Source: Raillietiella orientalis (Eukaryota). From it: DNA of 64,000 nucleotides. This document shows positions 13,597 through 25,709 of the stretch, piece after piece. The translations under genes were made by a program, and so were the position numbers. Position 1 is the stretch's first letter. Each line of letters opens with the position of its first letter. Below the pieces are notes generated by a model. The model worked only from the letters and a program-made list of their open reading frames with translations, ran no database searches and was not told the origin of the DNA. The DNA is taken from NCBI GenBank assembly GCA_036172245.1, contig JAYWIR010000068.1, positions 1 through 64,000 on the forward strand, written 5' to 3'.

Positions 13597-15568
13597 CCTT
13601 GCGCACGGGCGGTATCGCCGCCGCTGAACGAAAGGGAGGCGTGATTATTGCTAGGCAGCGAGAAGCCCGCTGCTTCTTCGACGTCTGGAAGAGCACGCTC
13701 TCCCAGACAGAAGAAGCTCAGGAAGGCCGAGAAATAGGTCTTCCCCTTTTATGACCTCTTCCCTATCGACCGCCAGGAGGCTGAACATCGGCTCCTGGAA
13801 CGTAAACGGTGTGGTCGACCAGGGAAAAATAAGAAGGATTGTGCGGACCATCGCACAACAAGACATCGTGTGCCTGCAGGAGACCCACAGGATGGGTCTG
13901 GAGATAAGCCAGCGAATGGAACGGCGATTCAACGGGCAGATGTTCGTCAACGAAGGAGAACGGAACACGAAGGGTGTGGCGGTGCTAATAAAGAACCACT
14001 TAGCCCCCACTATTCTGAAAGTGTTCTGTCCCCAACCCGGACGAATCATCGGCGTGCGTCTGGCCTGGTCCGCAACTGTTCACCTTATCCTGGTGAACGT
14101 GTACGGGCCGCACAGCCTAAAACATCGTTGTGCGGAGGCGCTGCATGCAACACTCCGGCAAAAGCTCGCCCCTAAGCACGTCGTGATTGTTGCTGGCGTT
14201 CTCAACATCTTGGATGAGGTCATTCATTCAGAAGACGCCAGAGGAAGGACGGCGTATCGACGGTTATCCGACGAGTTCGGACTGGTCTGGCGAACAGCAA
14301 GCCACAAGCCAATCGATCACGTCCTGCACAGCACCGAACTTGGGAACCGCATCCAGGGTTTCCGAGACATTATGACCACGGTGTCCGATCACCCCCTGGT
14401 GCGTAGGCCGTATGCGGCGCACAGGGCCTACGCGTTGTTGCTTAACAACTCGAAAGGCCTGATGACTGCGCTGCTAGGCCGAGCAGGCGAATGGAAAAAA
14501 ATGGACCCAACCTGGACGAGGAAGCAACGGCTCGTGCAAAAGCACAAAATCAAGATCGTGCCGCGAAGCAGGGAACTCTGGCAGGACGAGTTCATCCTGG
14601 TGATCCCTTGGATGCTTCCTGTCCCGCCGGACACGAGAAGCTGGATCTACCAGCAGTCCAGAGTTACCCTACTGCAAATCCAGGAGTGGAGGCGAGGAGG
14701 CTACCTACATCAAACTCGTATACTTCGGTATACAGAGACGATGTTAGGAAGGTTTAGTCACAGGAACCGCGAAGTGTGGTTCAACCACAACGACTTCGCA
14801 TCGTCGAGGGTAACCAGAACAAACCTCCGAAGGCTTATCCAAGAAAACGACCATGACACCAGTGCCCTCCAGGAAGCCACCGAACGCTACGGGAACGGTC
14901 CAACCTCTTAGCGATCGGCACGACGCTCTGGAGGAGTGATCTTCCGCCGGGCACCCAGGATGACCTCCTGATGTTTTATCACGGAGGAATCCAGAGTGGG
15001 TCCCGATTGCAGCACTTCACAGGAAGACGGGAAGACCGAGACTGCGCAGCATGTGGAGACGACGACACGAGACTTCACGTCTTGACGTGTCCCACACTGC
15101 TGCATGACTGGCTGATCCTGAAAAGGATCATAGGACTTACCAACAAGTCCGTTATGGAGATCCTCGCCGGGATGTTTCATGGGGATGGTAATGTTCCCTG
15201 TTACAATCCCATGGTGAGGACGACCATAGCCCTCTTCATCACCGCCATACTTGTGCGGTGGTGGAAAATGAGGAAAGCCAGGAGAGCCGCACCACCGATG
15301 GAGATCCTACAAGGGCTCTTGAAGAGGGAAATCGGCATCAGGAACTGCGGGAAGATCCACGCCTGGACGTACCGATTCATCCTGAAGAGGATCCAGGACG
15401 ACGCCCGGGACCATCCAGCTGGAATTCCCCCCTGAAAAGCAGAACTCTAGTGCAACCCAAGGACCCACAAGTGCAAAATGTTTGTATTGAGTGAATGAGT
15501 GCGAATGTAAATATTGTATTTTTATAGAAAAATAAACTTACCCCACCCCTTGTGGGACTTGGGGAAAC
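13597..15568 (+). mobile_element. Family X, 5'-truncated and internally deleted LINE with a 16-bp TSD
   Basis: CTAGCGATCGCGAGAG at 13581-13596 and 15569-15584; the host ORF1 reads through (APLAIAR/GVAY) once the insert is removed. Confidence 0.92.
13751..15435 (+). pseudogene. Family X ORF2 remnant: APE endonuclease joined to the C-terminal region, no RT
   Basis: GSWNVNG, CLQETH, NVYGP, IDH and SDH motifs, then CAACGDDDTRLHVLTC; no QG or YADD motif in between. Confidence 0.8.
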
Positions 15569-17065
15569 CTAGCGATCGCGAGAGGCGCTGCCTCTTCCAG
15601 ATCGGAGATTTCGCGCGTTGCCTTTGCGACCGTTGAAGGCACTGCTGTAGCGGTTGTGCTCGCCCTAGCAGTTTCTTCCTTGGCCGCAGTAGGCGCTGCG
15701 TCTGCGCGCGAGGACTGCGGGTTTGCCGGCTGTTTCTTCGCGGCACTTGGCGCCTGGGGCACCTTGGCCGCGGTAGCTTCAGACGGCGCGGTGTTCTGTG
15801 CCCGCGGGCGCGTTTTTCCCGTATCGGGCTAACGACCGCATTCCGCGCCGCTCGTCGAGGCCTTGGTACGAGGCTTCGCGGTCGTGATGGCGACAGTACT
15901 AGGCTCTTTGACTTTCGGCACAATGTCTCCTCCATTCAACAATTGGCTGCGAGGTCTCGTAGAAAGGTCGCATTCTTCGCGAGCTTCCTTCGAGTCGATA
16001 CTCGGAGGCTTTGACGCGACGAGTTTTTTTCGTGTTTTTCACCCCTTTTTTGTGGGGGCGAGAAACAGTTTTCCGCACATGCGTGGTCGCGGTTTTCGGA
16101 ACGCTTTTCGGAGCTTTGATGTTTCTTTCTCTCGATTCGCGGCGATTATTCCGCAATGCGGAACGCGATTCGTTCCTGCGCTTTTCGTTTTTTAAAAGGA
16201 GCTCCGGGCACGTTCCTTTAGTGTGCCCGTGCTGGTGGCAGTAACGGCAAGCGGCCGAGGGACACTTCGTAATGCGGTGACCCTCCTGCCCGCATTCCGC
16301 GCATACACGGGTTTGCCCGGCAAACCACAGTCGGACGGTCATTCCATCCACCTGCAGTCGCGTGGGCATTGCACGGCGATCCGTCATCGTCACTCGCACT
16401 TGCGCGAGCCCTCTGTGGTGGTCTTCGAACCCTTCAGCAGGGTTTGACAGTCTCCAAAGCGCGTGGACGGTAGCGAATTTTTCAAGGGCCTCCACGATAT
16501 GGCGGTCCGAAAGGCCGTTACACACTCTACAGAGCCGGACAACGAACGACTGGTCCGTTGTGACAGGGAGTATCTCCTGCCCACGAATGCGCAGCGGCGT
16601 GCGCAACAAACGCTGCGTAAGTATAGCGTCCTTAGTGGACACCTCCCAGTAGCCGCACCCACTCATAAGCATGATGGACTTGAATTGGCCTTTTTGAACT
16701 CTAATCCGTTGGAGTTCCTGGCCAACCTCGCGCCCAACCCGCTCAGGCATAAGGACACTTACCTTATACCTGAGTGCAGGCGTGTAGCCATTTGCTACAA
16801 ACGCCTGAAGCTCAGGGCTGTCGGGCGAAGGTCCCATCGTAGCAGCGAAGGCAGCGACCTGGGCGAATGTTCTCCGGGCGAATGTCCCGTCGGCGAGGAC
16901 AGAGGCTCCTTGCTAGCAGCCGAAGCAGCCATCTCAGGAGCAGCTGACGTTCCCTTCTTGCGGCTGATGTTCTTCTTTGCTCCCATTGCAGCACAGAAGC
17001 ACAGCAGAACAAAAACACACAAGAGCCAATCTATCGCGGAGCGACGCAAAAGCACGTCCGTACGC
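15569..17065 (-). mobile_element. Family E 5' end and ORF1
   Basis: CGGACGTG at 17060-17053; CAECGQEGHRITKC and CRYCHQHGHTKGTC knuckles in ORF 15899-16837. Confidence 0.9.
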
Positions 17066-17069
17066 GACC

Positions 17070-17462
17070 GTCGCTGATGCGTGAGACGGGAGATCTTCCC
17101 GCTTCTTTCCGCTCAGCAAAGGTGCGGCTCTTGCCGAAAGACGGGGATTTGCGCCACCTCAGCAACTGGCGTCCGATCACCTTGATAAATTCGGACGTCA
17201 AGTTGTTCTCGATGCTATGGCTTGCGCGGCTGGGGAGAATCGCGGAGTCCTTAGTAAGTCCGGAGCAGACGTAAGCTGTTGCGGGGCGGTCCATAGACGC
17301 GAATCTCTTTTTCGCGCGAACATGGTTCGAGTTGCAGCAGCGCGTGGCGCAGCAGACCCAAGCAGCCGAAATCGCCCCTGCCTAGGGCAGGTGGCGGTGT
17401 TCAAGGCACGATGGAAAGCCAGGCGCCTTAGCGGTCGCCGTCGATCTCTGCAACGCGTTCGA
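17070..17462 (+). mobile_element. Family E-like RT fragment
   Basis: RLLPKDGDLRHLSNWRPITLINSDVKL; ends at AVAVDLCNAFD. Confidence 0.85.
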
Positions 17463-19814
17463 TTTTCACCCGGATTTAGCCGGGGCGTTTATTATAAAAC
17501 AAACATTTACCAAGACGTGCAGTGGCTGCACCATTGCTCCAGCCACGAACGAAGAAACACAGAGCCTGTCGGGTCACCGGTTCGCAGACCAATACGGTCC
17601 ACCACGGGAGCAGGGGGAAGGGGGAAAAACAGAAAAACGAAACAAAAAGAAAAGAAAAAACTGGGAGAGTACGGGAAGGGATCATAGTTGCTGGTGGGGC
17701 CGTTGCATCCTTTGCAGGATGCCGGCAAGCTCTTGCTGCCTGCTTGGATCCAGGTGGGGACATCGGGACGCCCTCCTCAGGAACTGGGACGCTGGCTGGA
17801 TGGCACCCTGGTCGCGTCGTCCTCCCGTAGCCTTGCTTCAGGCGGTGAAGATCCCGCGTAGACAGCACAAAGCTGCTTACGATGCCGCACGTCGAAGAGC
17901 GTCAGCAACAAAGACGGCTTACAGAGCGTCCCTGGGGTTACCGCAGGGGATTCCGATGGCCGCAGCAAAGCGGAACCAAAGGGGCCGAAAGGCAACACAA
18001 TCCACTAGCAGGTAGGGGAGCGACTACGGTTCCCCACACCTGACGCAATTGGGGTCCACCGCTTTCCAGGTCCAGTGGTGTCGGCGGGCATTGCAGGGGA
18101 GTCCCCAGTGCTGCAACAGAAATGCCAACTCCTGCCATTTCAAGAAAAGGGTGGAGGTGTTCATTAGTAGCGGTGGCCAATTCAAACGTTCAATGCCAAC
18201 CTCGAGCAACGCGCCCCAGCGAAGAAGTCCATTAGGAGGCGTACTCGGGGTGGCAGCGTCATTTAGCTGACCCGTCTACCACTCTCCTATCTTCTTCTCC
18301 TTCCCGGAGATTGTAATTGTTACCTCCCACATCGCCGCAACATCGCTGTCCAGATCTTCCATCAGGGAGGGCAGCGAAGCAGCGAGGAGGGTACTTCCTG
18401 CCCACGCTCTCTTCTTTGGATCCTCCAGGATCTCGCGAAGCGTGCAACTTCTGTAACCCCCAAACAGGAACCTTCGTTCCTGTTGGGAGCGTTGCATGCC
18501 CAACTGTCCCCACGTTCGAACGATTTCCTGCAACCAGGCACTACCGTTCAAAGGGAGACATGTGACCAATCCTTGGTTTTTCCGTGTCAGCGCAGCCACC
18601 CTCCGTAGCTGCAGTCCGCATCGATCGACGCAGAGACGGAGTGCAAGAAACGACGTCAGTCCCGTCTTGCCGGTCGCTTGCTGGAGAAGCAGACGTGCAC
18701 GGACGCACCAGCAGGTGCACCACAACTCCGGAACAAGTGCCGACATTCGGAAAGGGAGCTGAAGCTCCAGTCGCTCCAGCGTAAGGAGGCACAGACCACC
18801 GTCCCGACGAGGAGCGCACAAGTCCTTTAAGCGGACTCGGGCCCTCCCGTTGCCCCAAAGGGCGATACGGAGGAGGTCCTTTCTCCGCTTTTTAATCCTC
18901 TCTGTGGGAGGGCAAACAAAAAGCAGGGGGCGGAAGAGAGGAGCAGCAAACGTATTCCAAACCGCGGCCCGTTCAGGCAGGAAAAACCTGCCGCCTCGGA
19001 TCGGACCGATCGCCATCTCTACTTTCTGGACGCAACCGGTCCACGCTTCCGCAGGGGAGTAGTCTTCCAACGGCACACCAAGGTACTTGAAGTACCGTAC
19101 CGTCGGGATCCCCAAACGGACAGAGTCCTGCTGCCCTGCCCACGCCGCACCAACTGGCATCGCGGACGACTTCGCCCTGTTCACCGTAAGTCCGGTTCCC
19201 CGATGCAGCAGGTCGAAGAACTCCTCGACCGCCGAAGCTGGGGTGGACATAGGGAGCAGCAGCAGAATGTCGTCCGCAAACGCTGAAACGGCCGGCGTAC
19301 CGGCACAGTCGTGCGGCAGGTGCGCCAGAGTTCCCCTGTACGCTCTCAGTACCAACTCAAAGTAAGTAATGCAGAGCAAGGGGCTCAGGCTGTCTCCCTG
19401 CCGGATACCACGCCGCACCGGCACGCCGTGCACGGTCTGCCCGCTGAAAGTAACATTGATGAGCGCGTCGCGCCAGCTAGAGCGCAGATAGGCCGTTAAT
19501 GAGGCCGGGAAGCCCAAGCGTTCCAGAAGCTCCAGAAGGAGATTCTGGTCGACGTAATCGAATGCTTTGCGCAAGTCGACTGAGACCGCAAGCGCTCCCT
19601 CCCCCACCCGACCATCCAACCCCTTGCCGACGCACGCACCGGAATTCCGGCTGCGCACCAAGCTCCTTTCATGTTGGAGCTCTAGCCAGGTGGAAGCGTG
19701 GAACAGGTTCGCCTCCATGCTTCGCCCGGGAACAGCATGTCTATTCCGTGCTGGTGAAGATGTTGGCAACCCGTCCCAGACGCTTTGCCAGAACCTTAGC
19801 CAGCAACTTGGCGT
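17463..19814 (-). mobile_element. Family D-like 3' half
   Basis: ORF 18276-19769 has VDLRKAFD, GIRQGDSLSP, FADD; terminal hairpin 17463-17493. Confidence 0.92.
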
Positions 19815-19980
19815 GCGGACGTGTTTTTTCCGCTCTCCTCTGCGCCTGTTGTAAAGCGTTCCTTTTCGTTAGTGTTTGTGTGCGGAGCATCTACGGTGTC
19901 CAATGGCAGAAATGCCTGAGGACATCGCGATGGAAGTCGGCGGGGGAGGGGATTGTTCCTCTCCCCAACCCATTGAGGTG

Positions 19981-20190
19981 GGGCAACCGCCTTTACGCAG
20001 GAGAGGGCAACCGCTTACTTGAAAAAGGAGGCAACCGCCTCTCCGGAATCGAGGGCTACCGCCACCTTGAAAAAGGGGGCAACTGCTCTGGTGAAAAAGG
20101 CAGCAACCGCCCCCTTGAAAAAGGGGACAACCGCCGCCTTGGAAAAGGGCGCAACCGCCTTCTTGAAAAAGGGAACAACCGCGTCTTTGA
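19981..20190 (+). repeat. 24-bp coding tandem repeat, about 9 copies (ATAxLKKG)
   Basis: Recurring GCAACCGCnnnnTTGAAAAAGG units. Confidence 0.85.
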
Positions 20191-21920
20191 ATCCTTCCTC
20201 GGCAACGACGAAGACCTCGAGCTCCGTGGCTGCAGCGCCATCTCCTGCTGCCTTAGCAGAACAACGGGCCTTCCTGGAACAAGGATACAAGCCGTCCTTG
20301 ATTTACAAGGTAGGAAACCTGTTTATAGGGAACACCGCTCGTAACTTTGAAAGGGAGTTACAGCGGTTGGATGTCAAAGAGGAAGACCTGGAAGGTCTCT
20401 CCGTGATGAGTGGGGGCCAGCGGGTGGAGCTGACTTGCAAAAATGCAAGTCTGGCTCAACGCCTGCTGAACACTCCCATCACTCTGGAAGGCCGAAAAGT
20501 CTTCCCTGTAACGGAGGACCGCTCCATTGTTGCCCACCTTACGGGTTTAACTCTTCGCATGACCAAAGCTGGCGTGCAAGAAGACTTGCAAAAACATGGT
20601 ACGGTGCACGCGCTCTGGACCAAGCCCAACGTCTTCCAAACATACGGAAGACTGTTCAGTGGCATGGCTGCAGCGCGTGTGACGATCCACGGAAACGGTG
20701 GGCTGCCCCACAAACTCGACGTCGGCAACGAGGTCGTCGACGTCTGGTACGTGGGCAAGCCCAAATACTGTGGGCACTGTGATGCAACAGGGCACCTGAA
20801 AAAACGGTGCCCATACATCCAGTGTTTTCACTGCAGGAAGAAGGGCCACCTCCGAAAAGTGTGCCCAAAGCGGGAACCTTCAGCGCCCTCTGCATTGAAA
20901 AAAGGCAAGGGGAAACGCTCGGAGAAAACAAGCAAGACCACTGAAGCAAAGGAAAGGCCAAGCAAAAAGCCAGAGTCCGAAAGCTCCCAGCAAACGGCGG
21001 TCGAGAAAACTCCCGACGACGCTGGTGACAACGAGGACTGGCGGACAGCGAAGCCGAAAAGAAAAAAAATTCGAAAAACCGAAGAACCGACAGCGGAACC
21101 CGCGACAACTTCTCTAAATAGAAGGCAACGCCTCGCTTTGCTCCGCGAATGTTCGGTCGCTTTGGAGCGAGTGGAAATCCCCGAGACCTCCACCGGGGGA
21201 GATATCTCCCGCCTCGTTGACGCCGTAGCCGCGATCGAGGAAGGCGAACCCTCTGTGCAAACAGAGGGGGAGCCGAGCGACGCGCTCGCCGCGATCGACG
21301 AGGCCGCCTTCCAACAGGCGGCGGAAGAGCTCGCGGCCGAACTCGCGGAGCGTGAGAACGGCGCGCGAAAGGCCTTGCGAAGGCCGTTCGCGAGCACGGC
21401 ACTTCGGACAGGTGACCACGAACCGGATGCCGGAAGTGCGTCCTCCTCCGCGGAGGCGCCTCCGAAGAAGACTGGACGGAAGTCCAAGAATCCCAAGAGG
21501 CGCATCCCGACAAAGGAGGGGGACGCACCGGCATCCGAGGGGGAAGCCGGCAGCGTGGGAACGGAGGGAGGGATTTTCCCACCCTCCGCTACCGAGCAAC
21601 TGGAGACCCCCATGGAGGAGGGGGATAAGGTGAGTGATTGCCGCCCCCTCCCAACGGTGGAACCTGTCCAGGAGATAGCCATGGAGGAGGGGGAGCAGAC
21701 AGCTGACAACCGCTCCCCCCTGCCGTCCAACGCAGCCGACGAATCGGCCCCCATGGAAGAGGGGGAGCAGGTGCGTGAAACCCGCCCCCTTCAACCGTTG
21801 CGGTTCGCCGAGGAATCGGCCCCCATGGAGGAGGGAGAACCGGTGCGCGGTGATCCCGTTCCTCCATACGTCCCGCCCGACCAGGTGGCGGGAGCCCCAT
21901 TGCCACTTTCCCAGGAGTAA
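20019..21920 (+). CDS. ORF1 gag-like nucleic-acid-binding protein (true start probably ~19903, frameshifted)
   Basis: CGHCDATGHLKKRC and CFHCRKKGHLRKVC CCHC knuckles; basic/acidic low-complexity tail. Confidence 0.85.
   Translation: MKKEATASPESRATATLKKGATALVKKAATAPLKKGTTAALEKGATAFLKKGTTASLNPSSATTKTSSSVAAAPSPAALAEQRAFLEQGYKPSLIYKVGNLFIGNTARNFERELQRLDVKEEDLEGLSVMSGGQRVELTCKNASLAQRLLNTPITLEGRKVFPVTEDRSIVAHLTGLTLRMTKAGVQEDLQKHGTVHALWTKPNVFQTYGRLFSGMAAARVTIHGNGGLPHKLDVGNEVVDVWYVGKPKYCGHCDATGHLKKRCPYIQCFHCRKKGHLRKVCPKREPSAPSALKKGKGKRSEKTSKTTEAKERPSKKPESESSQQTAVEKTPDDAGDNEDWRTAKPKRKKIRKTEEPTAEPATTSLNRRQRLALLRECSVALERVEIPETSTGGDISRLVDAVAAIEEGEPSVQTEGEPSDALAAIDEAAFQQAAEELAAELAERENGARKALRRPFASTALRTGDHEPDAGSASSSAEAPPKKTGRKSKNPKRRIPTKEGDAPASEGEAGSVGTEGGIFPPSATEQLETPMEEGDKVSDCRPLPTVEPVQEIAMEEGEQTADNRSPLPSNAADESAPMEEGEQVRETRPLQPLRFAEESAPMEEGEPVRGDPVPPYVPPDQVAGAPLPLSQE
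21600..21845 (+). repeat. Degenerate coding repeat, about 4-5 copies of PMEEGE
   Basis: CCCATGGAGGAGGG recurs every ~60-70 nt; 3 similar units at ~27900-28060. Confidence 0.75.
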
Positions 21921-22263
21921 CACCTGGGCTCGCCTGTCGCCGTCGATTACGCGTGGCCTGCTGGAACGTGAACGGGCTGCGCGACGACGGCAACAGACGG
22001 GACACGGCCGCCACCCTGCGTGACTTCGACCTGGCACTCCTGCAGGAGATCCACGTGATCACCGCGGAGAACGCCCAGGAGATCGAAAGGATCGCAGGGG
22101 GAGGTTGATGTGGCAATGCGGCACCCGATACACCTGCGGCGTCGCGTTTTTTATGAAGCCGGCAGTCGACGCAGCCGTGAAGGGCGTGCGCTTCGACTAA
22201 GCCGGTCGTGTCGGCCAGCTGATTCTCAGGTGGTCCGACACGATCGACCTCGTCGTAACAAAT

Positions 22264-25200
22264 GTGTACGCTCCGAGCGGTCCTACCAGGTACCAGGAAC
22301 GTAAGGCGTTCCTGGAAACCCTGAAGCGCGACTGGCTGGCGGAAGCGAACGTGCTTGTGGCTCACCTGATAGCGGGAGACTTTAATCTCCGCCTGCTATC
22401 AGGTGAGCCACACGCACAGGAACGGACGGCTAACGAGTTGTGCGCCGCCATGCGCACGCGCAACTTGTTAGGGGATCTTTCGGAAATGGTCAGCAGCATC
22501 GACCACGTCTTTCTGGATGTCGACCTGTGTTCACGGGTCGGCAAACGGGGGAAAGTTGCGTCGCAGCTGTCTGACCATTTCCCGTTGATATTCGAGGTGT
22601 GCCCGCGCGACAAAGGCCCCCCATCCAGGGCGTGGCGTCTGCCTGGGGACTGGACGCGACTCTCAGGTGCGAAGGAACACCTTCGCGAATTCCTGAGAGG
22701 CGTCACCCTCCGCAATCTCAATGATTGGGACCTTTTTAAGGCCTCGGTCCGCGAGTTTTGCGAGGAGTTCCCCTTGCACCTCCTGCCCCGAGGATTTGGG
22801 GAGGGCATCCGTAACGAACGAGCGTACTTGTATGCCCGTCGTTACGCGAGGACCCCCAATGTCCGTCGCTTGGCAGAGTACCGAGCCGGGGCCGAACGTC
22901 AAGCCTGGCAATCCGGATCGGCCAGCTTGCTGCACGACCAGGGCCGGGAGCACTCGGCTCCGGCTAGAATACGGCACCTCGTGCGGCGTTTTTATTCCTC
23001 CCTTTACGCCAGGGCGCCCCCGGACCAAGATGCCTCTCGGCGCTTGCTTCCGAACGGTGCCCCGGAAATAGGGGAGGAGGAGAAGGAAAGCCTCGACGAG
23101 CCTTTTACCACCGGCGAAATTCTCGCCGGTATCAAAAGGCTCAAGAGGCGGAAAGCACCAGGGGAGGACGGCCTGCCTGCGGAGTTTTTTCAATGCTTCG
23201 CGGCAGAGTTGGCACCCCTGGTTCTTGAGTTGACAAGGCTGATCCGAGATGAAGGCGATGTACCCGCCTCGTTTCGGTCAGCCAGAGTGAGGCTCCTTCC
23301 GAAAGGAGGAGACCTCAGGAAACTCAGCAACTGGCGTCCGATCACACTTGTGAACACGGACGCCAAGCTGATCGCCGGACTGTGGGCTTCGCGTCTGGGG
23401 CAGGTGGCCAATTCCATAATTAGCCCGGAGCAGACTTACGCTGTTCCCGGGCGAAGTATGGAGGCCAACCTCTTCCTCGCGAGCACATGGTTTCATGTGC
23501 AGAGTAGTAAAGAAAAGGAAGAGAGAAGGATTGGCATCCCCGCTTTGGGGGCGTCAGCCGGGCAGGGACAGGTCTCCCAGGGAGGAAAGGGAGCCCTAGT
23601 GATCGCAGTCGATCTGCATAAAGCGTTTGACTGCGTGGAGCAGGATCTCCTGCTGGAGCTCCTGGGACGCATGGGCTTCCCTCCCTCCCTACTGACCTAC
23701 CTGCGCTCTTGCTGGCGCAGCGCGCTGATCAATATCTCTTTCAGAGGTCAAATGGCGTACGGCGTGCCGGTACGGCGGGGCATACGGCAGGGCGACAGCC
23801 TCAGTTCCCTGTTCTTTAGCACCTACTTTGAGTTGGTGCTGAGAGCGTACAGGGAGACTTTGGCCCCCTTGCCAAGCTCGTGCCCCGGCACGCCCGCCGT
23901 AGCAGCGTACACCGACGATCTTTTGCTTCTGTTGCCGATGTCCACCCCGGCGAAGACGGTCGGGGATTTCTTCGATCTGCTTAGCCGCGGGACCGGACTT
24001 ACGGTGAACAGGGCGAAGTCGACGGTGGTTCCAGTCGGTGCGGCGTGGGCTGGGCAGCAGCACTGGGTCCGCTTGGGGATCCCCACGGCGAGGTGCTTGA
24101 AGTACCTTGGTGTGCCGTTGGGGGACTACTCCCCTGCGGAAGCGTGGTCTGGCTGCCTCCAAAAAGTGGAAACGGCGATCGGCCCGTTCTTGGAAGACAA
24201 GTTTCTCCTTCCGGAACGGGCCGCGGTATGGAACGCGTTCGCGGCTCCTATCCTCCGCCCCCTGCTTTTTGTTTGCCCCGTCCCCAGAGAGTTGAAAAAA
24301 CGGACAAAGGACCTCCTGAGAATTGCCCTTTGGGGAAGAGGGAGGACCCGAGTCCCGTTGAAGGACTTGTGTGCTCCACGTCGGGATGGCGGTCTCGGCC
24401 TCTTGACGATGGAGCGAGTAGAGATTCAGCTGCGGTGGCGAACCCTCGCCATCGCAGCGAAGTTATGGAGCACTTCTTGGTGCGTTCCGGCCCGACTTCT
24501 TGCCAGCCGTGTATCCGGGACGGAGGGTCTCGCGTCCTATCTTCTGTGCCTTGGCAGGAAGATCAAGAGATGCGGACTTCTCCTGGGACGCATGGCAACT
24601 CTGGTTAAGGAAAACGGCTGGATGGTATGCAGCACTGCCAACAACTCCGCATGGCTGGAGGAGACAGCTGGTACGTGGTCGAAGATAAACCGGAAGAACG
24701 GAGAGATGTGGAACTGCCTGCGACGCGGCGCCTATTCCCGCTGCACTCTGCGGAAGATGCTCCCGTGTCTCGCGAGAAGCACGTGGGCAGAGACAACCCC
24801 CCTAGCTACGGCGATGCCCTTCCTGAGGAGGGCGCTCTCCAGCAGCCGCAAGCCTAGGTGGCAAGTCTCCTGCCGCATCGCAGGCAAGAAGTTGATCAGC
24901 GGCTGGTCCACGGGTGAACTGGCGGACGCCAGTACCCCTAGTGTCCAGCCGAGAGGATTGCAGAGATCGGGCGAGCTACTCGGCATCCAGCCGGTTGACC
25001 TGAAGTGGCCCCCGGTATTAATTGGATCTAGGATCCTCCCCCTGAAGTGGCAGGAGTCGGCACTTCTGTTGTTGCATTGGGGTCTACCCTGCAACGCACG
25101 CCGCCACCACTGGACCAGGGGTCGAGTAGATCCTACTTCCATCAGGTGTGGGGAACGGGAAACTCTCCCCCACCTCCTTGTTGATTGTGCTGCCCTCCGA

Positions 25201-25503
25201 ACCCTGTGGGAACGTCTTCGTGCCTCCCTACGGATCCAGGAGGGCAGCCAGCCCAGAGACGTTTTTCGGCTTCTGTTCGTGCATGATGCCCTGCGTCCAG
25301 CCGCTGCCCTGGCTGCACTTTGCTGCGTACGCGGGATTGTGACGTGCTGGAGCAACGTCAGAAGACCGAGCCACGACAAGGATGCCGTCGTACTTGCAGT
25401 CCGCTACCTGCGGATTGTGACCAGATGGCCCCACCTGGGGATTATACGGACGGACCTCGAGGGCATCCTGCGAAGGATGGACCCTCCTCCCAGTGGTCAG
25501 TGA
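22264..25503 (+). CDS. ORF2 polyprotein (APE-RT-zinc domain); N-terminus ~21920-22263 broken by a frameshift and a stop
   Basis: 1079-aa ORF with AGDFN, SDH, NWRPIT, DLHKAFD, GIRQGD, YTDD, KYLG and RCGERETLPHLLVDC. Confidence 0.92.
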   Translation: MYAPSGPTRYQERKAFLETLKRDWLAEANVLVAHLIAGDFNLRLLSGEPHAQERTANELCAAMRTRNLLGDLSEMVSSIDHVFLDVDLCSRVGKRGKVASQLSDHFPLIFEVCPRDKGPPSRAWRLPGDWTRLSGAKEHLREFLRGVTLRNLNDWDLFKASVREFCEEFPLHLLPRGFGEGIRNERAYLYARRYARTPNVRRLAEYRAGAERQAWQSGSASLLHDQGREHSAPARIRHLVRRFYSSLYARAPPDQDASRRLLPNGAPEIGEEEKESLDEPFTTGEILAGIKRLKRRKAPGEDGLPAEFFQCFAAELAPLVLELTRLIRDEGDVPASFRSARVRLLPKGGDLRKLSNWRPITLVNTDAKLIAGLWASRLGQVANSIISPEQTYAVPGRSMEANLFLASTWFHVQSSKEKEERRIGIPALGASAGQGQVSQGGKGALVIAVDLHKAFDCVEQDLLLELLGRMGFPPSLLTYLRSCWRSALINISFRGQMAYGVPVRRGIRQGDSLSSLFFSTYFELVLRAYRETLAPLPSSCPGTPAVAAYTDDLLLLLPMSTPAKTVGDFFDLLSRGTGLTVNRAKSTVVPVGAAWAGQQHWVRLGIPTARCLKYLGVPLGDYSPAEAWSGCLQKVETAIGPFLEDKFLLPERAAVWNAFAAPILRPLLFVCPVPRELKKRTKDLLRIALWGRGRTRVPLKDLCAPRRDGGLGLLTMERVEIQLRWRTLAIAAKLWSTSWCVPARLLASRVSGTEGLASYLLCLGRKIKRCGLLLGRMATLVKENGWMVCSTANNSAWLEETAGTWSKINRKNGEMWNCLRRGAYSRCTLRKMLPCLARSTWAETTPLATAMPFLRRALSSSRKPRWQVSCRIAGKKLISGWSTGELADASTPSVQPRGLQRSGELLGIQPVDLKWPPVLIGSRILPLKWQESALLLLHWGLPCNARRHHWTRGRVDPTSIRCGERETLPHLLVDCAALRTLWERLRASLRIQEGSQPRDVFRLLFVHDALRPAAALAALCCVRGIVTCWSNVRRPSHDKDAVVLAVRYLRIVTRWPHLGIIRTDLEGILRRMDPPPSGQ

Positions 25504-25709
25504 TCCCTCCCCAACCCTCCCAAATCTTTTTGTTTTTATGTTTTATTTTTCTTTTTGTTTTTTCCCCCACCCCCTTCTGCTGCCGAGGAGAGTCGCGCCG
25601 GTCTGCGTACCGGCGACCCGCCAGGTCCAGTTGAGTTGGGCGTAGTGAGGCCTCCTACCACGAACCAAAGAGAATTTTAAATAAACGCACCGGCGTGACC
25701 GGGTGGCAA

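Larger units (their letters stand above)
19815..25709 (+). mobile_element. Family B full-length element (~5.9 kb), lightly disrupted
   Basis: 5' CGGACGTG at 19816, ORF1, ORF2 and 3' AATAAA-hairpin at 25680-25709; imperfect 15-bp flanking duplication. Confidence 0.95.

Noticed and set aside
19981..20190. Regular repeats as a possible CRISPR array
   Set aside because: Contiguous 24-bp coding repeat with no unique spacers, no cas genes and a eukaryotic context
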